NCBI GenBank assembly: GCA_963850305.1
Contig: CAWKKR010000001.1
Coordinates: 256,001-320,000 of the forward strand
From: an uncultured delta proteobacterium
GTDB lineage: Bacteria > Myxococcota_A > Polyangia > Polyangiales > Polyangiaceae
Reading direction: 5' to 3'
DNA: 64,000 nucleotides
A model generated the notes under the pieces. It saw only the letters and a program-made list of their open reading frames with translations, was not told the origin of the DNA and searched no databases. Made by a program: the position numbers and the translations under genes. Below, in pieces: positions 9,957 through 18,983 of this stretch (its first letter is position 1; each line of letters starts with the position of its first letter).

Positions 9957-10565
9957 TCAGATGACGTCGTCGGGACCCAGGCGGCGCAGCGTGAACGGCA
10001 CCTCGAAGCGCATGGTGCCGCCGCCATGTGGCGGCGCGAAGTCCCCCTGCTTGATGCGATCGACGATGCACTTCATCGTATTGTCTCCGAGCAGCGCGCC
10101 GCCCTGCGTCTCCACACGCTCGACGCGGCCGTCGGGGCCGACGAGGATGTCGATCGTGAGGAAGGCATGCGCCTTCGGGTACACTTTCAGGCGCGCCGTG
10201 TAGCACCTGAGCAGGTCGTCGTTCATGCCGTTCAATGTGTTGTTCGCCTTGTCGACGGCCTCGGTCGTGTAGGCGTCCGCCGTCTCGTCCGGCGGCACTT
10301 TGCGCGGCACGACCCTGGCCCCTTCGCAGACAACGTCGCAAGAAGGTGCTCTCGACTCGGGCGCTGCACTTCCGGAGGTCGCCGGCTGAAGGGTGTCGGG
10401 GTTCGATGCCGACAACGGCGGGGCTTCGACGGGGCTCGATGCGCGCGCCGGCACCGCCGCAGCGGCGCTCGCCGCGGGCCTTCCGGAACGGCTGCACGCG
10501 AACGAGCCGGAGAGAATCGCAGCCAGCGCGGCGCCGCGCCCGAGCCGCGTGGCGACGGAGGTCAT
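9957..10565 (-). CDS. Lipoprotein with AgmX/PglI-type (TonB-C-like) domain
   Basis: Lipobox SFAC; LLRCY...ILVGPDGRV...KCIVDRIK...F.PP.GG...VPF. Confidence 0.7.
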   Translation of the reverse strand: MTSVATRLGRGAALAAILSGSFACSRSGRPAASAAAAVPARASSPVEAPPLSASNPDTLQPATSGSAAPESRAPSCDVVCEGARVVPRKVPPDETADAYTTEAVDKANNTLNGMNDDLLRCYTARLKVYPKAHAFLTIDILVGPDGRVERVETQGGALLGDNTMKCIVDRIKQGDFAPPHGGGTMRFEVPFTLRRLGPDDVI

Positions 10566-10993
10566 GCTGCCTCCAGCGTGCGCAAGGCCACACGCACGAA
10601 GTCGGAGTCCGTGAGGATCCCCACGAGGACGTTTTGGTCGTCGACCACGGGCAGGCAGCCGATCTTCTCGCGGAGGAGGATCCTGGCGGCGTCGGCGAGC
10701 GGCGCCCCGGGACGGATGGTCCTCACGTCGCGCGTCATGACGTCGCGCACCTGGTAGGTCTTCGCCAGTCGATCCGTCTGCTCGGCTGCATTGGGCAGAA
10801 GCGAACTCGCGCAGACCCGGAGCACGTCGCGTTGCGTGACGACGCCGATGAGCCTGCCGTCATCGGTGACCGGCATGTGCCGGAATTTGAAGAGGCGCAT
10901 CGCGTCGTCGATGTGCGCGAGATCCATGTCCTCGGACAGGCAGATCACGTCGCGGGACATCAGGTCGCCCACCGTTCGCTCAGGAATGGTCAT
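10562..10993 (-). CDS. Tandem CBS-domain protein
   Basis: VGDLMSRDV...FRHMPV and VRDVMTRDV...IGCLPVVD...GILTDSD; start ATG 10993. Confidence 0.9.
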   Translation of the reverse strand: MTIPERTVGDLMSRDVICLSEDMDLAHIDDAMRLFKFRHMPVTDDGRLIGVVTQRDVLRVCASSLLPNAAEQTDRLAKTYQVRDVMTRDVRTIRPGAPLADAARILLREKIGCLPVVDDQNVLVGILTDSDFVRVALRTLEAA

Positions 10994-11006
10994 GCGCTGC
11001 CTTCCG

Positions 11007-11022
11007 AGCAACGCGCGTGCCA
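11007..11022 (-). promoter_or_regulatory. Sigma-54 (-24/-12) promoter of the CBS gene
   Basis: Minus strand reads TGGCAC-GCGCG-TTGCT, an exact consensus match, ending 13 nt before the ATG. Confidence 0.75.
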
Positions 11023-11482
11023 CGGCCGCACTCGGCTCTTCTCTCGTGCAGCGCCAGTTGCCGCCTGGAGCCGTCGCGTGCAAATGATTCGCCCGCGCGC
11101 CTCGCTTGCACGGGCGAGTCGCTTCGAACGGCCGTGGCTCGTCGATACTCGGCCTCCGGTTCCCGAGATCGAGGGCACGAGGCGCGCGATCCCGCCCGCC
11201 TTGCGCCAGCACCGCATCTCCGGTGCCTCGGCACGCGCACGAGACTCACTCCATCGACCGAGGAGCGAGCCCTCTCCGATGCAGAGCAAGCGTTCCTCAA
11301 TGGCTGATCCGGCATTCCAAAGCCTCGGCGAGCGCTGCCGCATGCCCGGTTCGCGGTTGCAAGGGCGCGGTGACACCAGCGTCCGGAGCGTCGCTCCAAG
11401 CGTCCGGCACGGTCTTCCGTGAGCGACCGGGCCCTGGGTGACGCTCCCTGTCGATCTCCCCCTCAATCTCCGGCCCGCACCG

Positions 11483-12808
11483 TCACGGGTCCGTGGATTT
11501 CCACGGTCGGCCGAGCGCCTTGATGAGCTGCGCGCGCGCCAGAGAGAGGCTGTAATCGGCCTGAATGACCTGACCGGACGCGGTGGTCGCGGCGACCTGC
11601 GCGTCTTGTTGCTCGATGATCGAACCAGCGCCAGCCTGGTAGCGAGCCTCGGCGAGACGAAGTTGCTCCTTGGCATTTCGCTCGACTTCCTTCGCGGTGA
11701 TGAGGGCCGCTTTCCCCGCGCGAACCGCAAGACGCGCCTGGGTCACGTCGAACCGGATCTGCTGTCGCTCGAGCGCGGCTTGGCTCCGCGTCACGACGAG
11801 GCTCGCCTCGTCCTGCCGGACTCGCGCGTTGGTGAGGCCACCTTGAAAGAGCGGCCACGTGAGACTCACGCCCGCGTTGACGTTCCAGATCAGGGTCGAG
11901 AGCTCGTTGCCCGCCTCGTTGACGCCGGCCGTGACGTTGAGGTTCGGCCCATAGCCGCCCCTGTCGGAAGAGATCTGACGGTGCGCGGCATCCAGCTGCT
12001 TCGAAAGGTTCCGTATCTCCGGACGAGCCGCCACCGCGGCCGCGGTCAGGCGGTCGTCACTGAGGTCTTCGCCCTCGACATCGGGCATTCGATCGTCCGC
12101 GACGATGTAGTCCGTCGACTGATCTACACCCATGGCCTGATTCAGCTGCGCCTTCGCGATCTCGTACGCGTTCTCCGTGTTGATGACCGTGAGCTCCGCG
12201 CTCGAGCGATCCGCGCGCACCTGAGCGAGATCGATCTCCGGGCGCGATCCGGCCTTCACCTGGCCCTCGGTTTGCTGGAGATGGCGATCCTGGTTCGCGA
12301 GATTCTCCTTCCACACGTCGACGAGTTGCTGTTGCGCCCAGGCCGCGAGATACGCCGAACGAACGCTCAGCACGACCGCCTGGCGGACCGTCTCTTCGTT
12401 CTCGGCGACGGCATCGGCCGACATCTGCGCCGCGCGCCAGTTACCGTACGTCTCCCCGAAGTCGTAGACGAGCTGGTTCGCCGTCACTCCGACCCGGTAG
12501 GACGCGATGGTGTCGAAGTCCGCCTTCGACGTCGTCGTTTTCACCGAACTCGGCAGAGTGCCCGGCGTCAGAACGAAGTTGGAGGTGGCCCTCCCGTAAC
12601 TTGCAATGCCGTTCACCTGTGGCAGGAGCGGCGCACGCTGTTCGTCCGCCTGAGCTCGAGCCACGAGAGTCTGGGCCTTGGCCTGGGAGATCTGGGGCTG
12701 GTTCGCGATGGCCTTTTGTTCGGCCTCGCGGAGCGACAGCACGCGAATCGGTACGGGCGCGACTTGCCCGAGAATCCCGACGGCAAGAGCCCAAACGGCG
12801 AGAGTCAT
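11483..12808 (-). CDS. TolC-family outer-membrane efflux protein
   Basis: OEP repeats (LLPQVNG...LVYDFG; LTWPLFQGG...EARYQAG); ATG 12808 overlaps the permease stop. Confidence 0.9.
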   Translation of the reverse strand: MTLAVWALAVGILGQVAPVPIRVLSLREAEQKAIANQPQISQAKAQTLVARAQADEQRAPLLPQVNGIASYGRATSNFVLTPGTLPSSVKTTTSKADFDTIASYRVGVTANQLVYDFGETYGNWRAAQMSADAVAENEETVRQAVVLSVRSAYLAAWAQQQLVDVWKENLANQDRHLQQTEGQVKAGSRPEIDLAQVRADRSSAELTVINTENAYEIAKAQLNQAMGVDQSTDYIVADDRMPDVEGEDLSDDRLTAAAVAARPEIRNLSKQLDAAHRQISSDRGGYGPNLNVTAGVNEAGNELSTLIWNVNAGVSLTWPLFQGGLTNARVRQDEASLVVTRSQAALERQQIRFDVTQARLAVRAGKAALITAKEVERNAKEQLRLAEARYQAGAGSIIEQQDAQVAATTASGQVIQADYSLSLARAQLIKALGRPWKSTDP

Positions 12809-14034
12809 TCGTACCTCAGGGCGTCGATGGGATCGAGCTGAGAGGCCTTCCGCGCCGGATAGAGTCCGAAGGCAACGCCAACGACGGCGCTGAAGACCAC
12901 CGAGACGATCACGATGTCCGGACGGACAATCAGCTCCCACCCGAGTCGCCTTGCGAGCTCGTTCGCAACGCCCGCGCCGAGCACCACTCCTACGATCCCG
13001 CCCATGGTCGAGAGCGATATCGCTTCCACCAGAAACTGCATGAGGACGTGCCAGGGCTTCGCGCCGACGGCCATGCGCACCCCGATCTCGCGCGTACGCT
13101 CCGTCACGCTGACGAGCATGATGTTCATGATGCCGATGCCTCCAACCAGTAGTGAGACGACCGCGATTGCGGCCAGGAGCGACGTGAGCGTGTTCGTACC
13201 TTCCTGCCGCGCTGCGGCAATCTCCGTGAGATTCCGGATGTTGAAGTCATCGTCCTCATTGGACTCGAGGCGATGCCGATCGCGTAGAAGGGCGGTAATC
13301 TGACGCTGCGCGCGTGAGGTGTCGTCACGGCTCACGGCGCTGACCATGATCACACCGGCGAGATACTTCTGAAGACCCCGCTGGATCTTGGTTTCGAACG
13401 TGGTGACGGGAATGAACGCCGCGTCGTCGTAGTCCTGTCCAAATGGGGACTGCCCCTTCCGCGCGAGAACCCCGACCACCGTGAACGGAATGCCGCGGAT
13501 GCGAACGCTCTCGCCGAGCGGATCGGCATTCACCCCGAACAATCGATCGACCACCGTTTGCCCGAGCACGATCACCTTAGCTCCGCTGTCCACGTCGGAG
13601 TCTTGGATGAGAGCGCCCGAACCCAGCGCCCAGTTTCGGATCGTGAAGTACTCCGGGCTCGTGCCGGTGATCTCGGTGTACCAGTTCGCGTTTTCACCCA
13701 CGATCGTCGATCGGGTGCCGAGCTGAGGCGCGGCCGCGCGCACGGACGGGACCTCGGAGCGGATGGCGGCGAGGTCGTCCCACGTCAACGTGGGCATGGA
13801 TCCGAATCCGCCCATGACGCCGCCGGAGTGGGTCGACCCCGACAGCACGACGAGCAAGTTGGTGCCCATGGCATCGAAGACCTTTTCGACCCCCGCCTTC
13901 GCCCCCTCCCCGATCGCGACCATCGAGATGACGGACGCGACGCCGATGACGACGCCCAGCATGGTGAGAAATGAGCGCGTCTTGTTCCGCGCCAGGGCTC
14001 GCATGGCAACGGGAAACGTCTGAAGGACGTTCAT
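12805..14034 (-). CDS. MacB-like ABC transporter permease
   Basis: RSFLTMLGVVIGV, VGGIGIMNIMLVSVTERTREIGVRMAVGA, YPARKASQLDPIDALRYE. Confidence 0.95.
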   Translation of the reverse strand: MNVLQTFPVAMRALARNKTRSFLTMLGVVIGVASVISMVAIGEGAKAGVEKVFDAMGTNLLVVLSGSTHSGGVMGGFGSMPTLTWDDLAAIRSEVPSVRAAAPQLGTRSTIVGENANWYTEITGTSPEYFTIRNWALGSGALIQDSDVDSGAKVIVLGQTVVDRLFGVNADPLGESVRIRGIPFTVVGVLARKGQSPFGQDYDDAAFIPVTTFETKIQRGLQKYLAGVIMVSAVSRDDTSRAQRQITALLRDRHRLESNEDDDFNIRNLTEIAAARQEGTNTLTSLLAAIAVVSLLVGGIGIMNIMLVSVTERTREIGVRMAVGAKPWHVLMQFLVEAISLSTMGGIVGVVLGAGVANELARRLGWELIVRPDIVIVSVVFSAVVGVAFGLYPARKASQLDPIDALRYE

Positions 14035-14757
14035 GCGCTCCGTCCCTCTTCGAGCAGCCGCGCGGCACGCTTCGGCTCATGTCGCTCGTCCGAGATGATC
14101 TTGCCGTCCCGGACATGGATGACGCGCTCCGCGAACTCCGAGATCTCGGGTTCGTGAGTGACCAGCATGATGGTCAAACCAGACCCCCAGAGCTCCTGGA
14201 ATAGGGCGAGCACTTCGATGCTCGTGCGCGAATCCAGATTACCCGTCGGCTCGTCGGCGAGGATGAGCTTAGGCTGATTGACGATGGCGCGGGCAATGGC
14301 GACACGCTGCTGCTGCCCCCCCGACAGCTGCGAGGGCCGGTGCTCGAGCCGCGCGCCGAGCCCGACGCGCGTGAGCGCCTCCGTGGCGCGACGCTTTCGC
14401 TCCCGTCCAGCAACGCCCGCGTACACTAGCGGCAACTCGACGTTCTCGACCGCGGTCGTCCGGGACAGGAGATTGAAACTCTGGAAGACGAAGCCGATCG
14501 TCTCGTTCCTGACCTCGGCAAGCTCTCCCCGATCGAGGTGGGATACTTCCCGGTCCGCCAGGAAATAAGTACCTGCGGTCGGACGATCGAGACATCCGAG
14601 GATGTTCATCAGGGTGCTTTTTCCGGAACCCGACGACCCCATGATGGCGATGAACTCAGCCCGTTCGACGTCGAAACGTGACGCCGTCGAGCGCTCGAAC
14701 CTCGGCGTCTCCGAGCGAGTATTTCTTCTGAATGTCTTCGAGACGGATGAGCGGCAT
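14031..14757 (-). CDS. MacB/LolD-type ABC ATP-binding protein; +1 frameshift near 14675
   Basis: GSSGSGKST, LSGGQQQR, LADEPTGNLD. The N-terminus MPLIRLEDIQKKY...VRALDGVT lies in the adjacent frame from ATG 14757. Confidence 0.9.
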
Positions 14758-14792
14758 GTCCACTCGGGAAACGATCGCGCCGCGCGAGGACG

Positions 14793-16052
14793 CTAGAATA
14801 TACCTCGGTGCGAGGTTGACCCTGGCGGCGATGTCGACCCGGTCTTGACGTCATCGAGCTCGTCGGTCACGAGCTCATCCCCGACGTTCAGATCGCCGCT
14901 CAGGACCTCCGTCATCGATCCGTCGGTGATTCCAACCCGGAGCTCGACCGGCGTGACCGTGGTCCCGCGGAAGACGTAGACCGTGCGCTTGTCCCTGTCG
15001 CGGTTTCGCGAAAAATGGTTCATGCGTTGTTCCGGCTTATTCTTCGCCGAAGCCGCAGGCGCCGGGTGGTATCGCAACGCGGCGTTCGGAACCCGGAGCG
15101 CGTCGTCACGCTCGGCCGGGGTGAACGTCACGGTCGCGGTCATGCCCGGCTTGAGGAGGCGCTTCGAATTGTCGACGTCGATGACCGCGTCGTAGGTCAC
15201 GACATTTTGAACCGTGGTCGCCGCGTCACGCACCTGACGAACGGAGCCATGAAACCGTTGACCAGGATACGCATCGACCATGAACGTCACGGGCATGTCC
15301 GGCTGGATCTTTCCGACGTCCCCCTCGGCGACGCTCGTGTCGACCTGCATCTTCGTCAGGTCCTGCGCGATGGTGAAGAGCGTCGGCGCGGAGAGCGACG
15401 CGGCCACCGTCTGCCCGACGTCGATGCTCCGTGAAATGACGATACCGTCGATCGGCGACACGATCGTCGTGTACTTCAGGCTCACCTGAGCCTGATGGAG
15501 CGACGCTTCCGCCTGTTCGACACCCGCGTCCGCCGCCGCGACTCCAGCCTTGGCGATGGCGTAGTTCGCCTCGGCGGTGTCGATGTCGGCCTGCGCGATG
15601 AGCTTTTGCTCGGAGAGCGTCTTCGCTCGAGTGTACTGACGGTCTGCGTCCACTTCCTGCGCGCGCGCCTTGTCCGCCGCGGCCTTGGCGGCAGAATAAT
15701 TTGCCCGCGCCTGCTCCACCGCCGCCTGGAAGAGGCTCGCCTCGATCGTTGCGACGACTTGCCCTTTCTTGACGACGGAGTTGAAGTCGACCTTGATCGA
15801 TTCGATCCGCCCCGACACCTGAGTGCCAACCTGTACGGTCACCAGCGCGGACAGGATCCCTGTCGCCGTCACGTGGGCGGCGATGCGCCCGCGGTCCACC
15901 GCCACCGTCGAATATCGCGGCGGGACGGGCTTCCGTGCACGCAGGTAATGTCGCACGCCAAGGCCGATACCTGCGAAGACCAGTAATATCGAGAACCATC
16001 GGATTACCGTCTTCACCGCAGGGGGACTCACGAGGGTACCGATCGCCGCCAT
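14793..16052 (-). CDS. MacA-like periplasmic adaptor subunit
   Basis: TVQVGTQVSGRI, IVSPIDGIVISRSIDVGQTVAASL, LKPGMTA. Confidence 0.95.
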   Translation of the reverse strand: MAAIGTLVSPPAVKTVIRWFSILLVFAGIGLGVRHYLRARKPVPPRYSTVAVDRGRIAAHVTATGILSALVTVQVGTQVSGRIESIKVDFNSVVKKGQVVATIEASLFQAAVEQARANYSAAKAAADKARAQEVDADRQYTRAKTLSEQKLIAQADIDTAEANYAIAKAGVAAADAGVEQAEASLHQAQVSLKYTTIVSPIDGIVISRSIDVGQTVAASLSAPTLFTIAQDLTKMQVDTSVAEGDVGKIQPDMPVTFMVDAYPGQRFHGSVRQVRDAATTVQNVVTYDAVIDVDNSKRLLKPGMTATVTFTPAERDDALRVPNAALRYHPAPAASAKNKPEQRMNHFSRNRDRDKRTVYVFRGTTVTPVELRVGITDGSMTEVLSGDLNVGDELVTDELDDVKTGSTSPPGSTSHRGIF

Positions 16053-16095
16053 CGGGCCTGTTCTAGCGCCACGGGAGCGAAACCCCTTCGTTTCT

Positions 16096-16147
16096 GACGA
16101 GCTGTCGCTTCACGCCGACATGACGTAGCACGCCGCGGACGAACAGG
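16096..16147 (-). promoter_or_regulatory. LytTR-type direct-repeat boxes upstream of macA
   Basis: Minus strand CCTGTTCGTC (16138-16147), ACGTCATGTC (16117-16126) and ACAGCTCGTC (16096-16105) at a 21-bp period; resemble the AlgR box ACCGTTCGTC. Confidence 0.55.
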
Positions 16148-16178
16148 TCCACGGCATGGGCCTCACGAACTCCCGCAC

Positions 16179-16973
16179 CTACCCTCGCCTCAGACCCATG
16201 GCGTTCTGGAGCAGGGCCTCCCTGACAGCCTGCGCCCTCTCGCGAGCGACGGGCACCCGGAGGCCCGGATAGTCCTTCCCGATCCCGGTGCCGACGAACA
16301 CTCGCGTCTCACTGCCGTCCCGCTCCAGCTCTTTGATGTGAGTCGGGTTGACCAGCCAGTTGCGATGAACGCGAGACAGCGCCCGGCCGAACGAGGCCTC
16401 GATCGCCGACAGGGACAGATCGAGATCGAAGGCACCGTGCGGCGTGTGAACGGACGTCATCCGGTCGGCGGCCTCGAAGGCCCACACCTCCGACGGCTCG
16501 AGGAAGACCAGGCTTTTCCCCTTCCGTGCCACGATCCGAAGGGGTGCGCTGATGGGGGCCGCCGGCCGTCGGGCGAGCAACCGGTTCAAGCATTGCTCGA
16601 CCCGATCCTCGGTGAACGGCTTCAGCAGGTAGTCGACGACGCCCAGCTCGAAAGCCTCGACGGCATGTCCCTGGAACGCCGTCGCGAGCACGAACATGGG
16701 GGCCGAGGGACCGCGCGCCAGGCTTCTCACGAGATTCAGGCCGGCTTCGTCGCCGTCGTGGACGAGGCGGATGTCCACGAACCCCACGTCCACCGCGAGG
16801 GGCGCGGCTCCCAGCGCCTGGCGTGCTTCATCCACCGTCGCGACGGCACCGACGACCTCCGCGAGTTCCGACCCTTCGAGGAGCTCGACGAGATAGTTGC
16901 GCGCCGGCCACTCGTCCTCCACTACGAGCGCTCGCAGCCGTCGCGACGGCGTCGAAGTTCCTTCGCGACTCAC
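16179..16973 (-). CDS. LytTR-family response regulator
   Basis: Receiver (VVEDE, FVDIRL, ATAF, DYLLKPF) plus LytTR domain (RVHRNWLVN); GTG 16973 overlaps the kinase stop. Confidence 0.9.
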   Translation of the reverse strand: MSREGTSTPSRRLRALVVEDEWPARNYLVELLEGSELAEVVGAVATVDEARQALGAAPLAVDVGFVDIRLVHDGDEAGLNLVRSLARGPSAPMFVLATAFQGHAVEAFELGVVDYLLKPFTEDRVEQCLNRLLARRPAAPISAPLRIVARKGKSLVFLEPSEVWAFEAADRMTSVHTPHGAFDLDLSLSAIEASFGRALSRVHRNWLVNPTHIKELERDGSETRVFVGTGIGKDYPGLRVPVARERAQAVREALLQNAMGLRRG

Positions 16974-18130
16974 GCGAGTGCTCCCATCCTCGAAGCGTCG
17001 AGCACCCGCGGGAGATCGACGATGGAGCGAGTTCCGTCCGGCGAGGACTCCAGGCGCAGACTCGCATCCGCGTAACGCAGCTCCAGTCTTCGACGGACCG
17101 CACGCAATCCGAACGCCCCCGAACGCGGAGCAACCTCCGACAGGCCCGGACCATTGTCTTCGACCGTGCACACAACCCGCGATACGGGACCAGGCGCGGA
17201 CTCGACCCGGGCGCGGATCGTCACCTGTCCGCCGCTGGTCCTTCTGAGAGCCCCGTGCTTCACGGCGTTCTCTACGAGGGGTTGAAGCAGCAGACGCGGC
17301 AGAAGGACTTGCCCTGCTTCACCCGCGATCTCCCAATGAAACCTGAGAAAGCCGGAATGGCGCGACTCCAGGATCTCCGCGTACCTTCGGAGCCAGGCGA
17401 TCTCTTCGTCGAGCGTCTGCATCTCTTCCGGATCCCGCAGCGAGTCCCGCAGCAAATCTCCGAGGCAGGCGATGAGCCGCCTGGCCTCACGTGGGTCCTG
17501 GGTCACGAGGCCAGCGATGGCGTTCAGGGTATTGAGCAGAAAATGCGGCTCGAGCTGCGCGCGGAGCCGGGCCAGCTCGGCGGCGCTCCGGAGTTGCGCC
17601 GTTTCGAGGCGAAGCTTCTGGGCTTCGAGAGCCCGGAGGCGCGCGTCTTCTGCAGCGAAGGGGTAGACGAACGCGAGGGCCCATAGCCCACAATGAAACA
17701 GCCCCATCCCGCCGCCGAACGCGGCAATGACGAGGTACTCGGGCTCGTGTCCGACGACGATGCCGAACCCAGGGATGCTCCTGACGGCCAGGCGTATGAG
17801 GACCGAACACGCGGCGCCGAGCGCAACGGAAAGAGCGAGACTCGTGACGAGCGTTCGTGCGGAGCCGTAGCCTCGGCGCGAGGACCAGATGTAGTGGACC
17901 GAGAGCGCGAGCATCAACACCGGCATTTCCAGGCCGAGGGACAGGAGCCGCACGAAAACGTGTCCCGGCGCGTGCGCCCCGAACAGGAGCGGAATGCTCT
18001 GAGACGCCGTGACGGCGGTGACGATCACCGTGCCGACAATCCAGCGACGTCGTCCGAAGAGATCGGGAGTGGGCGATGGCTTCGCCAGGTCGTTCAAGTC
18101 CGTCTTGCGCGCGCTCGCGGGACTGTCCAC
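16970..18130 (-). CDS. LytS-family membrane sensor histidine kinase
   Basis: About 4 TM helices, LRAQLEPHFLLNTLNAI, LLQPLVENAVKHG, VEDNGPG, FGLRAVRRRL. Confidence 0.92.
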   Translation of the reverse strand: MDSPASARKTDLNDLAKPSPTPDLFGRRRWIVGTVIVTAVTASQSIPLLFGAHAPGHVFVRLLSLGLEMPVLMLALSVHYIWSSRRGYGSARTLVTSLALSVALGAACSVLIRLAVRSIPGFGIVVGHEPEYLVIAAFGGGMGLFHCGLWALAFVYPFAAEDARLRALEAQKLRLETAQLRSAAELARLRAQLEPHFLLNTLNAIAGLVTQDPREARRLIACLGDLLRDSLRDPEEMQTLDEEIAWLRRYAEILESRHSGFLRFHWEIAGEAGQVLLPRLLLQPLVENAVKHGALRRTSGGQVTIRARVESAPGPVSRVVCTVEDNGPGLSEVAPRSGAFGLRAVRRRLELRYADASLRLESSPDGTRSIVDLPRVLDASRMGALA

Positions 18131-18184
18131 GGACGCAAGCGTAGCGCGCCTTGCCCCGGGTGGGCAGCGTCCGAGCCCGCGACG

Positions 18185-18236
18185 ACCGTCCGTGACCCTG
18201 GCGCCACCGTTCGTGGCGTCCCGGGCACCTTCGGTC
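18185..18236 (+). promoter_or_regulatory. LytTR-type direct-repeat boxes upstream of the kinase gene
   Basis: ACCGTCCGTG (18185), ACCGTTCGTG (18206) and ACCTTCGGTC (18227), exactly 21 bp apart. Confidence 0.6.
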
Positions 18237-18257
18237 GGGGACGACCAACGGGCAGCC

Positions 18258-18938
18258 TCAGCCGAACATCCCGAAGATCAGATTGAGTGCGAGGGCGAGG
18301 ATCGCCGTGTTGTACACGAAGGAGATCAGCTGGTGCGTGAGCGCCGTGCGTCGGATCGATCGACTCGTGATCGCGACGTCGGAAACCTGGAAGCACATGC
18401 CGATCGTGAACGAGAAGTACGCAAAGTCCCAGTCATCCGGCGGCCCCTCTCCCGGAAACTGAAGGCCACCCTCCGCCTCACGATCGCTCTGATAGAAGAG
18501 ACGCGCGTAGCGGAGCGTGTAGGTGGAGTGCGTCAAGAACCAGGCGCACGCGACGGCGGCGAGGCAAAGCACGATCAGCGCGCCGCTCGCGTGGGGAGCC
18601 AGGGTTCGGGCCTTTCGGAGCAGAATAGTCGAGGCGAACACGCTGACGAAACTCGAGAGAACCACGATGGCCCCCACCGATTTCCGACCGGGGTCCTCGG
18701 CACCGGCGCGGCGCCGGGTCTCCGTCGAATCGGAGGTGCAGATGATCCACCAGACGAGCGAGAGGAAAATGAAGCCGAACGCGTTCCAGGCTGCGACGCC
18801 ACGCACGGCCCACGAGTATCGGCCGAGAACCATGGCCGTCATCACCCCGGCTGCGGCCGAAACTCCCAGCCGCATCGACGCCCGGCGGAGATCGAACCAG
18901 GGGAAAGCCGCGTCGGCGGGCGGAGACGAGGACACCAC
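18258..18938 (-). CDS. DUF1345 membrane protein
   Basis: GLQFPGEGPPDDWDFAYFSFTIGMCFQVSDV...FVYNTAILALALN. Confidence 0.9.
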   Translation of the reverse strand: MVSSSPPADAAFPWFDLRRASMRLGVSAAAGVMTAMVLGRYSWAVRGVAAWNAFGFIFLSLVWWIICTSDSTETRRRAGAEDPGRKSVGAIVVLSSFVSVFASTILLRKARTLAPHASGALIVLCLAAVACAWFLTHSTYTLRYARLFYQSDREAEGGLQFPGEGPPDDWDFAYFSFTIGMCFQVSDVAITSRSIRRTALTHQLISFVYNTAILALALNLIFGMFG

Positions 18939-18983
18939 GGGTGGATGCTATAGGAAGCGGCGACGCACCAAAATCGGGAGCTT

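Noticed and set aside
14660..14690. Programmed frameshift in the ABC ATPase or the other split genes
   Set aside because: No slippery heptamer or stimulatory structure; scattered single-base indels fit sequencing error better.
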